Assembly (NCBI GenBank): GCA_028711205.1
Contig: JAQTSP010000001.1
Coordinates: 1 to 35,254 of the forward strand
DNA: 35,254 nucleotides
DNA from: Eubacteriales bacterium
GTDB taxonomy: Bacteria; Bacillota; Clostridia; Christensenellales; SZUA-584
Reading direction: 5' to 3'
How positions within the stretch are numbered: position 1 is the first letter of the stretch; each line of letters begins with the position of its first letter. Both the position numbers and the translations under genes were made by a program. The notes beneath the pieces are model-generated. The model was given only the letters and a program-made list of their open reading frames with translations, did not search any database and was not told where the DNA came from. Of this stretch, positions 8,894 through 17,818 are shown one piece after another.

Positions 8894-11533
8894 CTATTTC
8901 TTCGCTTTTTTCTCTTCGATCGCCGCGTGGGCCGCCGCAAGCCGAGCGATCGGCACACGGAACGGTGAACAGGACACGTAATTCAAGCCGATATCGTGGC
9001 AGAACTTGATGGAGCTCGGCTCGCCGCCATGCTCTCCGCATATGCCAAGCTTGATATTGCTTCTCGTTTTCCTGCCAAGCTCTGCCGCCATACGGACAAG
9101 CTTGCCGACACCGTTTTGATCCAGTTTTGCGAAGGGGTCGGACTCGTACACTTTTTTATTGTAATAGTCCTCGAGGAACTTGCCGGCGTCGTCTCTTGAA
9201 AACCCGAACGTCATCTGTGTCAGGTCGTTGGTGCCAAACGAGAAAAACTCGGCTTCTGTCGCGATCTCATCCGCGGTCAGCGCGGCCCTTGGCACCTCTA
9301 TCATCGTGCCGACAAGATAGTCAATCTTCACGCCCTTTTCCTGGATCACCTGCTCGGCGGTTTTAACGATAATGTCCTTGACATATTTCAGCTCCTTGAT
9401 GTCGCCGACAAGCGGTATCATGATCTCTGGTTTTATGCTGATCTTCTTTTCCGCCGCGACCTCGATCGCCGCTTCGATAATCGCTCTTGACTGCATCTCG
9501 GCGATCTCCGGATACGTGACCGCAAGGCGGCAGCCTCTGTGCCCCAGCATCGGGTTGAACTCATGCAGATTGGCGATCGTCTGCTTGAGTTCTTCGAGCG
9601 GTATGATCATCTCTTTGGCAAGAGCCTTGATATCCTCTTCCTCCTGCGGCAAAAACTCGTGCAGCGGCGGATCGAGAAGCCTGATCGTCACAGGAAGCTC
9701 GCCCATTGCCTCATATATGCCTGTAAAGTCCTTCTTCTGCATCGGAAGCAGTTTTAAAAGCGCTCTGACTCTCTGGTCGCGGTTCTTCGATACGATCATT
9801 TCACGCATCGCGGGAATTCTTTCCTCGTCAAAGAACATATGCTCCGTGCGGCAAAGGCCGATGCCCTCCGCGCCAAAGTGGATCGCCTGGGAAGCGTCTT
9901 TTGGCGTGTCAGCATTCGTCCTGATCTTGAGCGTCCTCACTTCGTCCGCCCATTCCATGATGGTGCCAAAATCGCCCGTCAGCTTCGCCGGTTCTGTCGC
10001 GATGGCATCGCCGTAAACATATCCGGTCGATCCGTCGATCGATATATAGTCGCCTTCATGGAATACTTTCCCGTCCGTTGTGCTCATTGTCTTATGCTTC
10101 TCGACGATCATGATATCGCCGCATCCGGATACACAGCATGTGCCCATGCCTCTCGCGACAACGGCCGCGTGCGATGTCATGCCGCCCCTGGCCGTCAGTA
10201 TGCCGTTCGCGGCGTACATGCCTTCGATATCTTCAGGCGACGTCTCGAGCCTGACAAGTATCACCTGTTCGCCGGCTTCAGCCGCTGCCACAGCATCTGA
10301 AGCGGTAAAGTATATCTTTCCGCAGGCAGCGCCCGGTGACGCTGCAAGCCCTTTCGCGATCGGCTTCGCGGCGGCAATCGCCTTTGGATCAAACGTCGGG
10401 TGCAGCAGCGCGTCAAGCTGTTTTGGCTCTACTTTTAAGAGCGCTTCTTCTTTTGAAAGCTTTCCTTCTGCTACAAGATCGACGGCGATCTTTAATGCGG
10501 CAGCTGCCGTTCTTTTGCCGTTTCTTGTCTGAAGCATATAGAGCTTTCCTTTTTCAATGGTAAACTCCATATCCTGCATATCGCGGTAATGATCTTCCAG
10601 CGTTTTAGCAATATCCACAAACTGGTTATAGACCTCCGGCATCGTATCCTGCAGATCGGATATCGCTTTCGGCGTTCTGATGCCGGCCACCACGTCCTCG
10701 CCCTGCGCGTTCATCAAAAACTCTCCATAAAGCCTCTTCTCACCCGTTGACGGATCCCTTGTAAAAGCAACACCGGTGCCCGAATCGTTGCCCATGTTGC
10801 CAAACACCATGGCCTGCACATTGACGGCGGTACCCCAGTCGCCGGGAATATCGTTCATACGGCGGTATACGATCGCACGCGGGTTGTCCCATGAGCGGAA
10901 TACCGCTTTGACAGCCTCGAGCAGCTGCGCCTTCGGGTCCTGAGGAAATTCTTTTCCCTGCTCGGCAAGGTACAGCGCTTTATATCTTTGGACGACTGTT
11001 TTCAAGTCGTCCGTGTTAAGCTCTGTATCGTGCTTGACACCGCGCTCTTTTTTGGCGCCGTCCAGTATCTCCTCGAACTTGGCCTTTGCGATACCCATCA
11101 CGACGTCCGAAAACATCTGTATGAACCGCCTGTAGCTGTCATACGCAAAACGGTCGTTTCCGGTCAGCCTGGCAACGCCTTTTACGGCTATGTCATTCAG
11201 CCCGAGATTCAATATGGTATCCATCATGCCCGGCATCGACACTCTTGCGCCCGAACGTACAGATACCAGCAGCGGATTCTCGGGATCCCCGAATTTCTTT
11301 TCGTTGATCTCTTCCGTTTTTGCAAGCGCCTCATAAAACTGCTCTAAAATATCATCGGCGATTGTTTTACCGTCCTCATAATAACGGTTACACGCCTCTG
11401 TTGAAACTGTAAATCCCTGTGGCACGGGCAGCCCGAGCCCTGTCATCTCTGCCAGGTTGGCTCCTTTGCCGCCCAGCAAATTTCTCATCGAAGCGTTGGC
11501 TTCGCTAAAAAGATACACGTACTTTTTTGACAT
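8894..11533 (-). CDS. ppdK: Pyruvate, phosphate dikinase
   Basis: 879-aa ORF with N-terminal KYVYLF...[10 protein letters not shown], the phosphohistidine motif [16 protein letters not shown] and a C-terminal PEP-utilising domain (GICGEHGG). Confidence 0.95.
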   Translation of the reverse strand: MSKKYVYLFSEANASMRNLLGGKGANLAEMTGLGLPVPQGFTVSTEACNRYYEDGKTIADDILEQFYEALAKTEEINEKKFGDPENPLLVSVRSGARVSMPGMMDTILNLGLNDIAVKGVARLTGNDRFAYDSYRRFIQMFSDVVMGIAKAKFEEILDGAKKERGVKHDTELNTDDLKTVVQRYKALYLAEQGKEFPQDPKAQLLEAVKAVFRSWDNPRAIVYRRMNDIPGDWGTAVNVQAMVFGNMGNDSGTGVAFTRDPSTGEKRLYGEFLMNAQGEDVVAGIRTPKAISDLQDTMPEVYNQFVDIAKTLEDHYRDMQDMEFTIEKGKLYMLQTRNGKRTAAAALKIAVDLVAEGKLSKEEALLKVEPKQLDALLHPTFDPKAIAAAKPIAKGLAASPGAACGKIYFTASDAVAAAEAGEQVILVRLETSPEDIEGMYAANGILTARGGMTSHAAVVARGMGTCCVSGCGDIMIVEKHKTMSTTDGKVFHEGDYISIDGSTGYVYGDAIATEPAKLTGDFGTIMEWADEVRTLKIRTNADTPKDASQAIHFGAEGIGLCRTEHMFFDEERIPAMREMIVSKNRDQRVRALLKLLPMQKKDFTGIYEAMGELPVTIRLLDPPLHEFLPQEEEDIKALAKEMIIPLEELKQTIANLHEFNPMLGHRGCRLAVTYPEIAEMQSRAIIEAAIEVAAEKKISIKPEIMIPLVGDIKELKYVKDIIVKTAEQVIQEKGVKIDYLVGTMIEVPRAALTADEIATEAEFFSFGTNDLTQMTFGFSRDDAGKFLEDYYNKKVYESDPFAKLDQNGVGKLVRMAAELGRKTRSNIKLGICGEHGGEPSSIKFCHDIGLNYVSCSPFRVPIARLAAAHAAIEEKKAKK

Positions 11534-11598
11534 TATCGTAACTCCTTAATATATATTTACGGCTAATAACCGCGACTCCCAAAAAAACTCGCCAAAAA

Positions 11599-11627
11599 AT
11601 TATACACCATTTGTATATCTTTCACAA
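11599..11627 (-). promoter_or_regulatory. Candidate sigma-A promoter of ppdK
   Basis: Minus strand TTGTGA (11627-11622), 17 nt spacer, TATAAT (11604-11599), about 65 nt upstream of the ppdK ATG. The -35 overlaps the palindrome TTTCAC-N3-GTGAAA (11620-11634). Confidence 0.5.
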
Positions 11628-11728
11628 CGTGAAATTTGTTTTATACAATATGAAAATAATGCGATTGCTGAATAAAGAATCTCGGCTTAAAAATCACCAA
11701 ATGGTCCGGTTTGCTGGCATGTGTGTTT

Positions 11729-12364
11729 TTATATCAGCTTGATAAGTGCCGGTATCAGTAACGTATCAAGAATAACGCCGATAAGCGAAAATAAATATAC
11801 CTTAAACATTTTTGCAAAATGCGGCCTTGATGAGATCAGCACATCCCTGGCCGTTTTTGGTATTTTTCTGTTTTTAAATGCAACGATGGAATTGTTGAGG
11901 CCTAAAACACCTGCTTTACATAGGCAGGGCAAAAACACAAGGTTGGGGATAAACGTACAAAAAACGATTGCAGCGAGACCGCCGGAACCAAGATTGAGCG
12001 CCAAAACCCCAACAGTAAACCCAACACAAAAACCCTTTATGATCAATACAACTGTAATAACCGGTACGCCGATCATCATTAAAGAGAATACGGTGATTAT
12101 CGCAAAAAGCACCGTATTTTGCAAAAACGAATTGATGAATATACAAAAATAATCAACCGGATTTGTTTTTACTGAATAAAAAAGCAGATTGATATATTCG
12201 GAGAACTCGGCTTTTGCGCTGATTTTCATGTTGCTGACGGTAAACGTACCGGCCGTGATCCCAACAACAAGAAAAAAGACAAGCAACAGATACTGTACCT
12301 TGTTGTCAAACATATCCATGCTCGCCCGTCTCTTGAGTTGATAAAACAAGGGCACCGCCTCCAT
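11729..12364 (-). CDS. spoIIM: Stage II sporulation protein M
   Basis: Polytopic membrane ORF. IKGFCVGFTVGVLAL matches the SpoIIM KGxxVGFTVG core. The start is uncertain: ATG 12364 has no SD, TTG 12349 follows GGAGG by 7 nt, and ATG 12319 is also possible. Confidence 0.8.
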   Translation of the reverse strand: MEAVPLFYQLKRRASMDMFDNKVQYLLLVFFLVVGITAGTFTVSNMKISAKAEFSEYINLLFYSVKTNPVDYFCIFINSFLQNTVLFAIITVFSLMMIGVPVITVVLIIKGFCVGFTVGVLALNLGSGGLAAIVFCTFIPNLVFLPCLCKAGVLGLNNSIVAFKNRKIPKTARDVLISSRPHFAKMFKVYLFSLIGVILDTLLIPALIKLI

Positions 12365-12414
12365 ACTGCAATCTTTTTATGATTGATAGATATGCAGGCG
12401 GGGTGGTGTGTATG

Positions 12415-13203
12415 CTAATCGACGCGTTTAATTTCGGTATTCAGTTTGTCTGCAAGCATAGCAATAAACTCTCCGTTTGTCGGCTTGCCTTTTGTGTCAA
12501 GTATCGTATATCCGAAAAATCCTTCAAGCACTTTTATGTTCCCGCGGTTCCATGCCGTTTCGATCGCATGGCGCATGGCACGCTCGACCCTTTGAGGCGT
12601 TGAGTTGTATTTGTGAGCAACGGACACATACAGGCTTGTCGTCAGCTTGCTCATCAGCTCAAAGTTCTCATGCACTAAGAGTATCGCGTCACGTAAATAG
12701 TGGTATCCCTTTACGTTTGCGGTGATACCCACCATCTTGATATGATTTGTGACAATATCTCTCGGAGCCTCCGGTTTTTTATAGCCAAACACCCTGGTCG
12801 CGTCGTTTTCGTATTGCATCAGCTCCAAAATTCGCTTCTTAAATACGTCCTTTTCAAATGGTTTTAAGAAAATATAGTCCACGCCGTAACTTTCCGCTTT
12901 TTTCAGAATAAAATCAAGCCCGACCGCAGACATCATCACCACTTTTGTATGCGCGGCATACCCGTTTCTGTCGAGTTCCTCCAAAACAGCAAACCCGTCA
13001 AGCGCAGGCATGATCAAATCCATAACAAGCAGATCCGGTTTGTGCTTCATCGTCAGCTCAAATGCCTGCCGCCCGTCAAAAGCGTATTGTTCAATATCAA
13101 ATACGCCTGTCTCTTCAAGAAAACCTGAGATCAATCTTAGATAATCCCTGTTATTGTCTGCAAGAATCGCGCTGTACTTTGTCTCATTATTTTTTAAATT
13201 CAT
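12415..13203 (-). CDS. spo0A: Sporulation master response regulator Spo0A
   Basis: Receiver domain (DLLVMDLIMPALDG) plus a Spo0A-specific C-terminal domain (YLRDAILLV..., PQRVERAMRHAIETAW). I prefer ATG 13203 (MNLKNNETKYSAILADNN, RBS AAAGGA) to the longer ORF-track start at 13269. Confidence 0.9.
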   Translation of the reverse strand: MNLKNNETKYSAILADNNRDYLRLISGFLEETGVFDIEQYAFDGRQAFELTMKHKPDLLVMDLIMPALDGFAVLEELDRNGYAAHTKVVMMSAVGLDFILKKAESYGVDYIFLKPFEKDVFKKRILELMQYENDATRVFGYKKPEAPRDIVTNHIKMVGITANVKGYHYLRDAILLVHENFELMSKLTTSLYVSVAHKYNSTPQRVERAMRHAIETAWNRGNIKVLEGFFGYTILDTKGKPTNGEFIAMLADKLNTEIKRVD

Positions 13204-13330
13204 GATAGAATATCCTTTGGTATGAATAATGCGCATATCTGAACAAGAACTATTTTCTTTATTCAACATATTTTAGAAAATACCTGCCGGACTGCGCAAT
13301 ATGACCAAAAGCCTTCAAATTTCTACATAA

Positions 13331-13337
13331 TTCGACA
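13331..13337 (-). promoter_or_regulatory. Consensus 0A box (TGTCGAA) upstream of spo0A
   Basis: Exact TGTCGAA on the minus strand, about 130 nt upstream of the preferred spo0A start. Spo0A autoregulation through 0A boxes is established in Bacillus. A single 7-mer can also occur by chance. Confidence 0.35.
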
Positions 13338-13355
13338 CGGCAGGCTATTGCATGA

Positions 13356-14618
13356 TTATTGTACTTGTTCGAGCATCCAGTCCGCATACAGGCCGTATCC
13401 CTTTGCGGGGTTGTTCACAAAAACGTGCGTCACGGCACCGACAAGCTTGCCGTTCTGTATGATAGGACTTCCGCTCATACCCTGCACAATGCCGCCCGTG
13501 ACCACCAAAAGCTCTTCATCGGTGATCTCGATCACGAGCCCCTTCTGGCCGATCGTATCCTGCCCGCTGGCTTTTATGATCTCGCAGTCAAACTCTTTGA
13601 CACCCTCGCTGTCGATCGTCGCCAATATCGATGCGCCGCCCAATTCGACTTCGTCCCGGTTGGCGACAGGTATCGGATCGGAAAACACGCCAAGGTCAAT
13701 ATCGTCATACAGCGTGCCGTATATGCCATATTCAGTGTTTTTAAGTATGATGCCCATGTTTCCGGATGAACTTGAAAAAAAGCCTTTTATTTCGCCGGGA
13801 ACGCCACTCTCTCCTTTATTGACCTGTATGATCTCCGATAAATATATTTCTCCTTCCCTGACAGTGAGTACGCTGCCCGTATCAAGATCGCATATGGCAT
13901 GCCCAAGCCCCGCGAACCATCGCTCTCCCGGCAGTATGAATGTGAGCGTTCCTACGCCGGCCGTACTGTCCCTGACCCAGATTCCAAGCCTCATCTTTCC
14001 GTCCGAATAATCTTTCACCGGCTGGACTTCAAGGCTTAACTCACGGCCGTTCCTGTCAACGACGATATCGAGCTTTCCTTCGACACCGTCGACAATTTCC
14101 GACAAGTGATCCGCGTCTTCTATCTCTGTCCCGTTAATACTCATAATCACATCTCCGGGGAGCATACCCGCTTCTCTTGCGGGATTCACCATTTCCCCGC
14201 TTTCCAGCTCGACGCCCGTGATGCCCACGACAAGCGCGCCTCTTGTATACAGCGTCACGCCGATGCTTTGCCCGCCCGGGATGACCATCATTTCGTCGCT
14301 GACGCTGACCTGTACGCTCTTGATGGTCACGCCGAACAGCGAGAGCTCTATCGTCGCGTCACCGCTGTCAACCGATTCGATCACGAGCGGGCTCTGCATG
14401 CCCGTTACGTCCTCCAGCGTTTCGCCTGTGATGCTGATCACATTTGTGGCCTCAACGTCCGCCTTTACGGGCAAACCGAGGTCGATCGTTTTCGTTGACC
14501 CTTTTTGTATGTATATTTCACTCGGAATATTTGAATAGCTCTGCATCGCAGGCAAAAAATATACGACGCACAGCAATATAACAAACAGAATACCTGATAT
14601 TTTGATAATTTTCTTCAA
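13356..14618 (-). CDS. spoIVB: SpoIVB signalling peptidase (S55 family, PDZ domain)
   Basis: Signal anchor, PDZ region (GMLPGDVIMSINGTEI) and peptidase S55 region (GTLTF..., GHAICD, catalytic-Ser context QGMSGSPII). The preferred start is TTG 14618 (MKKIIKISG...), 5 nt after AGAGGTG. The ORF track extends to 14636. Confidence 0.9.
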   Translation of the reverse strand: MKKIIKISGILFVILLCVVYFLPAMQSYSNIPSEIYIQKGSTKTIDLGLPVKADVEATNVISITGETLEDVTGMQSPLVIESVDSGDATIELSLFGVTIKSVQVSVSDEMMVIPGGQSIGVTLYTRGALVVGITGVELESGEMVNPAREAGMLPGDVIMSINGTEIEDADHLSEIVDGVEGKLDIVVDRNGRELSLEVQPVKDYSDGKMRLGIWVRDSTAGVGTLTFILPGERWFAGLGHAICDLDTGSVLTVREGEIYLSEIIQVNKGESGVPGEIKGFFSSSSGNMGIILKNTEYGIYGTLYDDIDLGVFSDPIPVANRDEVELGGASILATIDSEGVKEFDCEIIKASGQDTIGQKGLVIEITDEELLVVTGGIVQGMSGSPIIQNGKLVGAVTHVFVNNPAKGYGLYADWMLEQVQ

Positions 14619-14667
14619 AAAAACACCTCTTCGCAATAACTTCTCTTGGTTATTGTCGTTAGAGGTG
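14617..14667 (-). terminator. Rho-independent terminator after recN, overlapping the spoIVB RBS and start
   Basis: The minus-strand RNA reads CACCTCT-aacgac-AATAAC-caagagaa-GTTATT-gcga-AGAGGTG followed by U7. That gives 7+6 bp with an internal loop. The 3' arm AGAGGTG is the spoIVB SD. Confidence 0.55.
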
Positions 14668-14704
14668 CGTCTATTTATACTTTGTAATATCTTTAAATAT
14701 TTGA

Positions 14705-16393
14705 TTATATTGTCGTTTTAAATTTTATTGCGGCGTCAAGCATCTCTTTTGCGTGCTGGTGTGTCACGCTTGAATCGCCGCCCGAGAGCCGCGCGATCTC
14801 GCTTATCCTGTCCTGTTCGCCGAGCGGGCTTAGATACGTCTGCGTCGTCGTTTCGTCGCTCTCTTTCAATACCAAAAAATGCTTATCCGCCATGCTCGCG
14901 ATCTGCGGCAGGTGCGTGACGCAAACGACCTGGCGGCCGCGCGATATGCTTTGCAGCTTTTGGGCGACGACCCCGGCCATCCGTCCGCTGATGCCTGTGT
15001 CGATCTCGTCAAATATCATCGTGGGGATGCCGCCTTTATCGGCCGCGATGTTTTTCAGCGCCAGCATGATACGCGACACTTCGCCGCCCGATACGATTTT
15101 TTTAAGCGGTTTTTGCGGCTCTCCCCTGTTTGTCGAAATATAAAACTCGACTGTGTCGATGCCGTTTTTTGAAAATGCGCATGTGTCGATGCCCGGTATA
15201 TCATCAAAATACACCGAAAAACTGGCGGTGGACATGCCAAGAGCATCAAGCTGCGCCATCACCTTTTGCTCAAACAGCATCGCCGCTTCTCTTCGCAAGT
15301 TCGATAAACCCACCGACTTCTCATACAATGCCGCTTTTGCCGTGCCTGCTTTTTCGTTTAGCTCATATAAAAGCCTTTCGCTGTCGATGAGGTCGGCAAG
15401 CGCCTGCTCGGCACTTTTGATAAAATCTCCCGTCGCGCGCGCGTCCTGATACTTTCTTTGGAGGCTGTGTATCAGCGCCAGTCTGTCCTCGATCTCCTCC
15501 AGTGTGCCCGCGTCAAAGCTGCACGTATCCATCTCATTTCTTATGCTCTCGGCGATCTCTTCGATCGCGTAGTACGCCTCGTCCACCCTGGATGCGATAT
15601 CCTCATACCTTTTGTCGACATGGGCAATGCTTATGAAGCGGCGGCTAATCTCTTTGAGCGACGCCAGCACGTTTGACGGTTCGGCTTCATACAGCAACGC
15701 ATATGCGGCGCTTGTTACATCCATAATCTGTTCCGCCGCATTCAGCCGCTTTTTCTGCGCCAAGAGCGCCTGCTCTTCGCCGTCGCCGATATTTGCCTGC
15801 CGTATTTCGTCTATCTGGAACTTCAGCACATCAATCTTGCGTTCGCGGTCGCCGTCGCCGCCAAACAGCGATCGAAGTCTTTTGTTGATCGCCGTATATC
15901 CGCCGTAAGCCGCTTCCACATCCGCCTTTGCCGCGCCAATGCGGCTGTCGAATCCGTCCAGCATGCCGATATGGTTTTTCTCGTTCAGCAGCGACTGGTG
16001 CTCATGCTGTCCGTGAATATCCACAAGCGCGTCGCTGATCGATTTTAAAACACCAAGCGTGACCAGCGCGCCGTTAACACGGCACACGTTCTTGCCTGTC
16101 ACGCTAAGTTCCCGTGACAGCACAAGATCGTTCTCCATTTCTATCTGCTGCTCGGCCAGTATATCGTTGACGCTTTGCTTCACATCGCAAAACCACGCCT
16201 CGACAACGGCTTTTTCCGCGCCCGTGCGTATCAGCTCTCTGTCTGCCCGCTCTCCCAGCACAAGATTGACAGAGTCGACGATGATGGATTTACCGGCGCC
16301 CGTCTCTCCTGAAAGCACGTTCATGCCGCCCGAAAAATCAACCTCCAGCTCTTTGATCAAAGCGATATTTTTAATAATTAATTTATTTAACAT
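14705..16393 (-). CDS. recN: DNA repair protein RecN
   Basis: 562-aa SMC-like ORF with Walker A GETGAGKS, a coiled-coil middle, and signature/Walker B at the C-terminus (SGGEVSRIMLALK, MIFDEIDTGISG). Confidence 0.95.
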   Translation of the reverse strand: MLNKLIIKNIALIKELEVDFSGGMNVLSGETGAGKSIIVDSVNLVLGERADRELIRTGAEKAVVEAWFCDVKQSVNDILAEQQIEMENDLVLSRELSVTGKNVCRVNGALVTLGVLKSISDALVDIHGQHEHQSLLNEKNHIGMLDGFDSRIGAAKADVEAAYGGYTAINKRLRSLFGGDGDRERKIDVLKFQIDEIRQANIGDGEEQALLAQKKRLNAAEQIMDVTSAAYALLYEAEPSNVLASLKEISRRFISIAHVDKRYEDIASRVDEAYYAIEEIAESIRNEMDTCSFDAGTLEEIEDRLALIHSLQRKYQDARATGDFIKSAEQALADLIDSERLLYELNEKAGTAKAALYEKSVGLSNLRREAAMLFEQKVMAQLDALGMSTASFSVYFDDIPGIDTCAFSKNGIDTVEFYISTNRGEPQKPLKKIVSGGEVSRIMLALKNIAADKGGIPTMIFDEIDTGISGRMAGVVAQKLQSISRGRQVVCVTHLPQIASMADKHFLVLKESDETTTQTYLSPLGEQDRISEIARLSGGDSSVTHQHAKEMLDAAIKFKTTI

Positions 16394-16424
16394 ATGATAG
16401 CGTTACCCGAAACAAAAAATGAGT

Positions 16425-16883
16425 TTATCTTTTTGAGCTTGACATCTTGCTGAGTTCATCGATGACGCGTTTTTGCATACCCTCTTCTCTGACCGCAACA
16501 AAGATCGTGTTGTCTCCGGCAATGGTTCCCGCGACATCATCCAGTTCGAGTTCGTCGATAGCCTCGGCCGCGGCGTTGGCACTGCCTGTCATCGTACGGA
16601 CCACGACCAGAGAAGCGGCCGGCTCGACTGAGATGACGGTGTCTCTGAAAACACGCTTGAACACATCCAGCTTACCCATCTGCTCTTTTCCGGACGCCGC
16701 ATATTTATACGTACCGTTTGCCGACTGCACTTTAACCAGCTTGAGCTCTTTGATATCACGTGATATCGTCGCCTGTGTCACTTCATAGCCTTTTTCTTTG
16801 AGTATGGCCGACAGCTCATCCTGCGTTTCCACATCGTACTTGTCGATCACTTCAAGTATTATTCCTTGCCTCCCCTGTTTCAT
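16425..16883 (-). CDS. argR: Arginine repressor
   Basis: 152-aa ORF with a winged-helix N-terminus (TQDELSAILKEKGYEVTQATISRDIKEL) and a C-terminal oligomerisation domain (GTIAGDNTIFV). Confidence 0.9.
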   Translation of the reverse strand: MKQGRQGIILEVIDKYDVETQDELSAILKEKGYEVTQATISRDIKELKLVKVQSANGTYKYAASGKEQMGKLDVFKRVFRDTVISVEPAASLVVVRTMTGSANAAAEAIDELELDDVAGTIAGDNTIFVAVREEGMQKRVIDELSKMSSSKR

Positions 16884-16902
16884 CCCATCACCCTCTTCTT
16901 AT

Positions 16903-17745
16903 TTATCTGTCCCAATTAATAAACTTCGACCTTAGCAAAGGATAAAAATAGTTCTCGTTAAACCGTATAAAACTCGCAAGATGCTCCGATCGTTTTATCT
17001 TAACGACTTCACCGTTATTAAGCTCTCTTTGCAGGATGCCGTCTGTCGTCAGCACCATACCACGAGGAGACGTCGGTTTGATCACAAGCTCTTCGTCGGG
17101 AGAGACCACAAGCGTTCTGGAATGCAGCGTATGCGGGCATATCGGCGTCGCCAGTATGCACTCAAGCTTCGGGCTGACGATCGGCCCGCCAGCGGAAAGA
17201 GAGTATCCCGTCGAACCCGTCGGCGTCGATGCCAGCATGCCGTCGCACGGCACATTGTCCGCGGCCGCCCCGTTGATGATAAGCTCAATATTGATCATGC
17301 GCGACATGTCTTTTTTCAGTACGGCCGCGTCGTTCAAAGCGTCGACACGATACACCGTGTTGTCACCGTCACACACACAGCAGCTGAGCATGAGCCGTTT
17401 CTCAAGATAATATCTGTCTCCCAATATGTTGTCGATCGCGTCCTCGACGCAGTGAAGCTCAACTTCCGTCAGAAAACCAAGGCGTCCCAGGTTGATGCCA
17501 AGCATGCTCACGCCATAAGCGCTTGCCATCGTCGCGGCTTTTAAGATCGTGCCGTCGCCGCCAAGAACAAAGAGGCAATCGACGCGCGCGCAGTCGGTCA
17601 CATCGGCTTCTCCGTCCGGCATCCCGTCCGCATCAAAAGACACCGCAATGCCCCTCTCTCTTAAATATTGCGCGACAAGCGCGGCGCCTTTTAAGCCGAT
17701 ATCCTTTTTTTTGTTGGAGAAAACCCCAGCTCTTTTAATTTCCAT
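16903..17745 (-). CDS. nadK: NAD kinase
   Basis: 280-aa ORF with the VLGGDGTILK motif, NDAAV and STPTGSTGYSLSAGGPIV. Confidence 0.9.
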   Translation of the reverse strand: MEIKRAGVFSNKKKDIGLKGAALVAQYLRERGIAVSFDADGMPDGEADVTDCARVDCLFVLGGDGTILKAATMASAYGVSMLGINLGRLGFLTEVELHCVEDAIDNILGDRYYLEKRLMLSCCVCDGDNTVYRVDALNDAAVLKKDMSRMINIELIINGAAADNVPCDGMLASTPTGSTGYSLSAGGPIVSPKLECILATPICPHTLHSRTLVVSPDEELVIKPTSPRGMVLTTDGILQRELNNGEVVKIKRSEHLASFIRFNENYFYPLLRSKFINWDR

Positions 17746-17753
17746 ATGCGCTC

Positions 17754-17782
17754 ATTATAATAAATTTTGGATAATTATACAA
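17754..17782 (-). promoter_or_regulatory. Candidate sigma-A promoter placed only 8 nt upstream of the nadK ATG
   Basis: Minus strand TTGTAT (17782-17777), 17 nt spacer, TATAAT (17759-17754). The ATG is at 17745-17743 with no SD in between. Confidence 0.4.
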
Positions 17783-17818
17783 CACGTATTCGGTTTTTTT
17801 ATTTGTTTTTCAATATGA

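Noticed and set aside
8510-8958. Minus-strand ORFs 8510-8887 and 8746-8958 spanning the dGTPase-like/ppdK intergenic region.
   Set aside because: They overlap the dGTPase-like N-terminus or the ppdK C-terminus out of frame and cross the ppdK terminator hairpin. There is no RBS and the composition is implausible.
12407-12414. CATACACA (minus strand) directly after the spo0A stop, resembling the sigma-E -10 consensus CATACAnT upstream of spoIIM.
   Set aside because: The -35 match (only ATT, 15 nt upstream) is unconvincing, and an 8-mer alone is insufficient. It is noted as a lead, not a feature.
13204-13269. N-terminal extensions given by the ORF track for several genes: spo0A to 13269, spoIVB to 14636, recA to 21444, rimO to 23380, ftsK to 25697, dpaB to 27098, TrkA-C-like to 28753, dUTPase-like to 29268, NodB-like to 31211 and the CMD family gene from 32529.
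   Set aside because: In each case a downstream ATG or TTG is preceded by a well-spaced GGAGG-like RBS and gives the family-typical N-terminus. The longer versions start at the first possible NTG without an RBS and often overlap the upstream gene.
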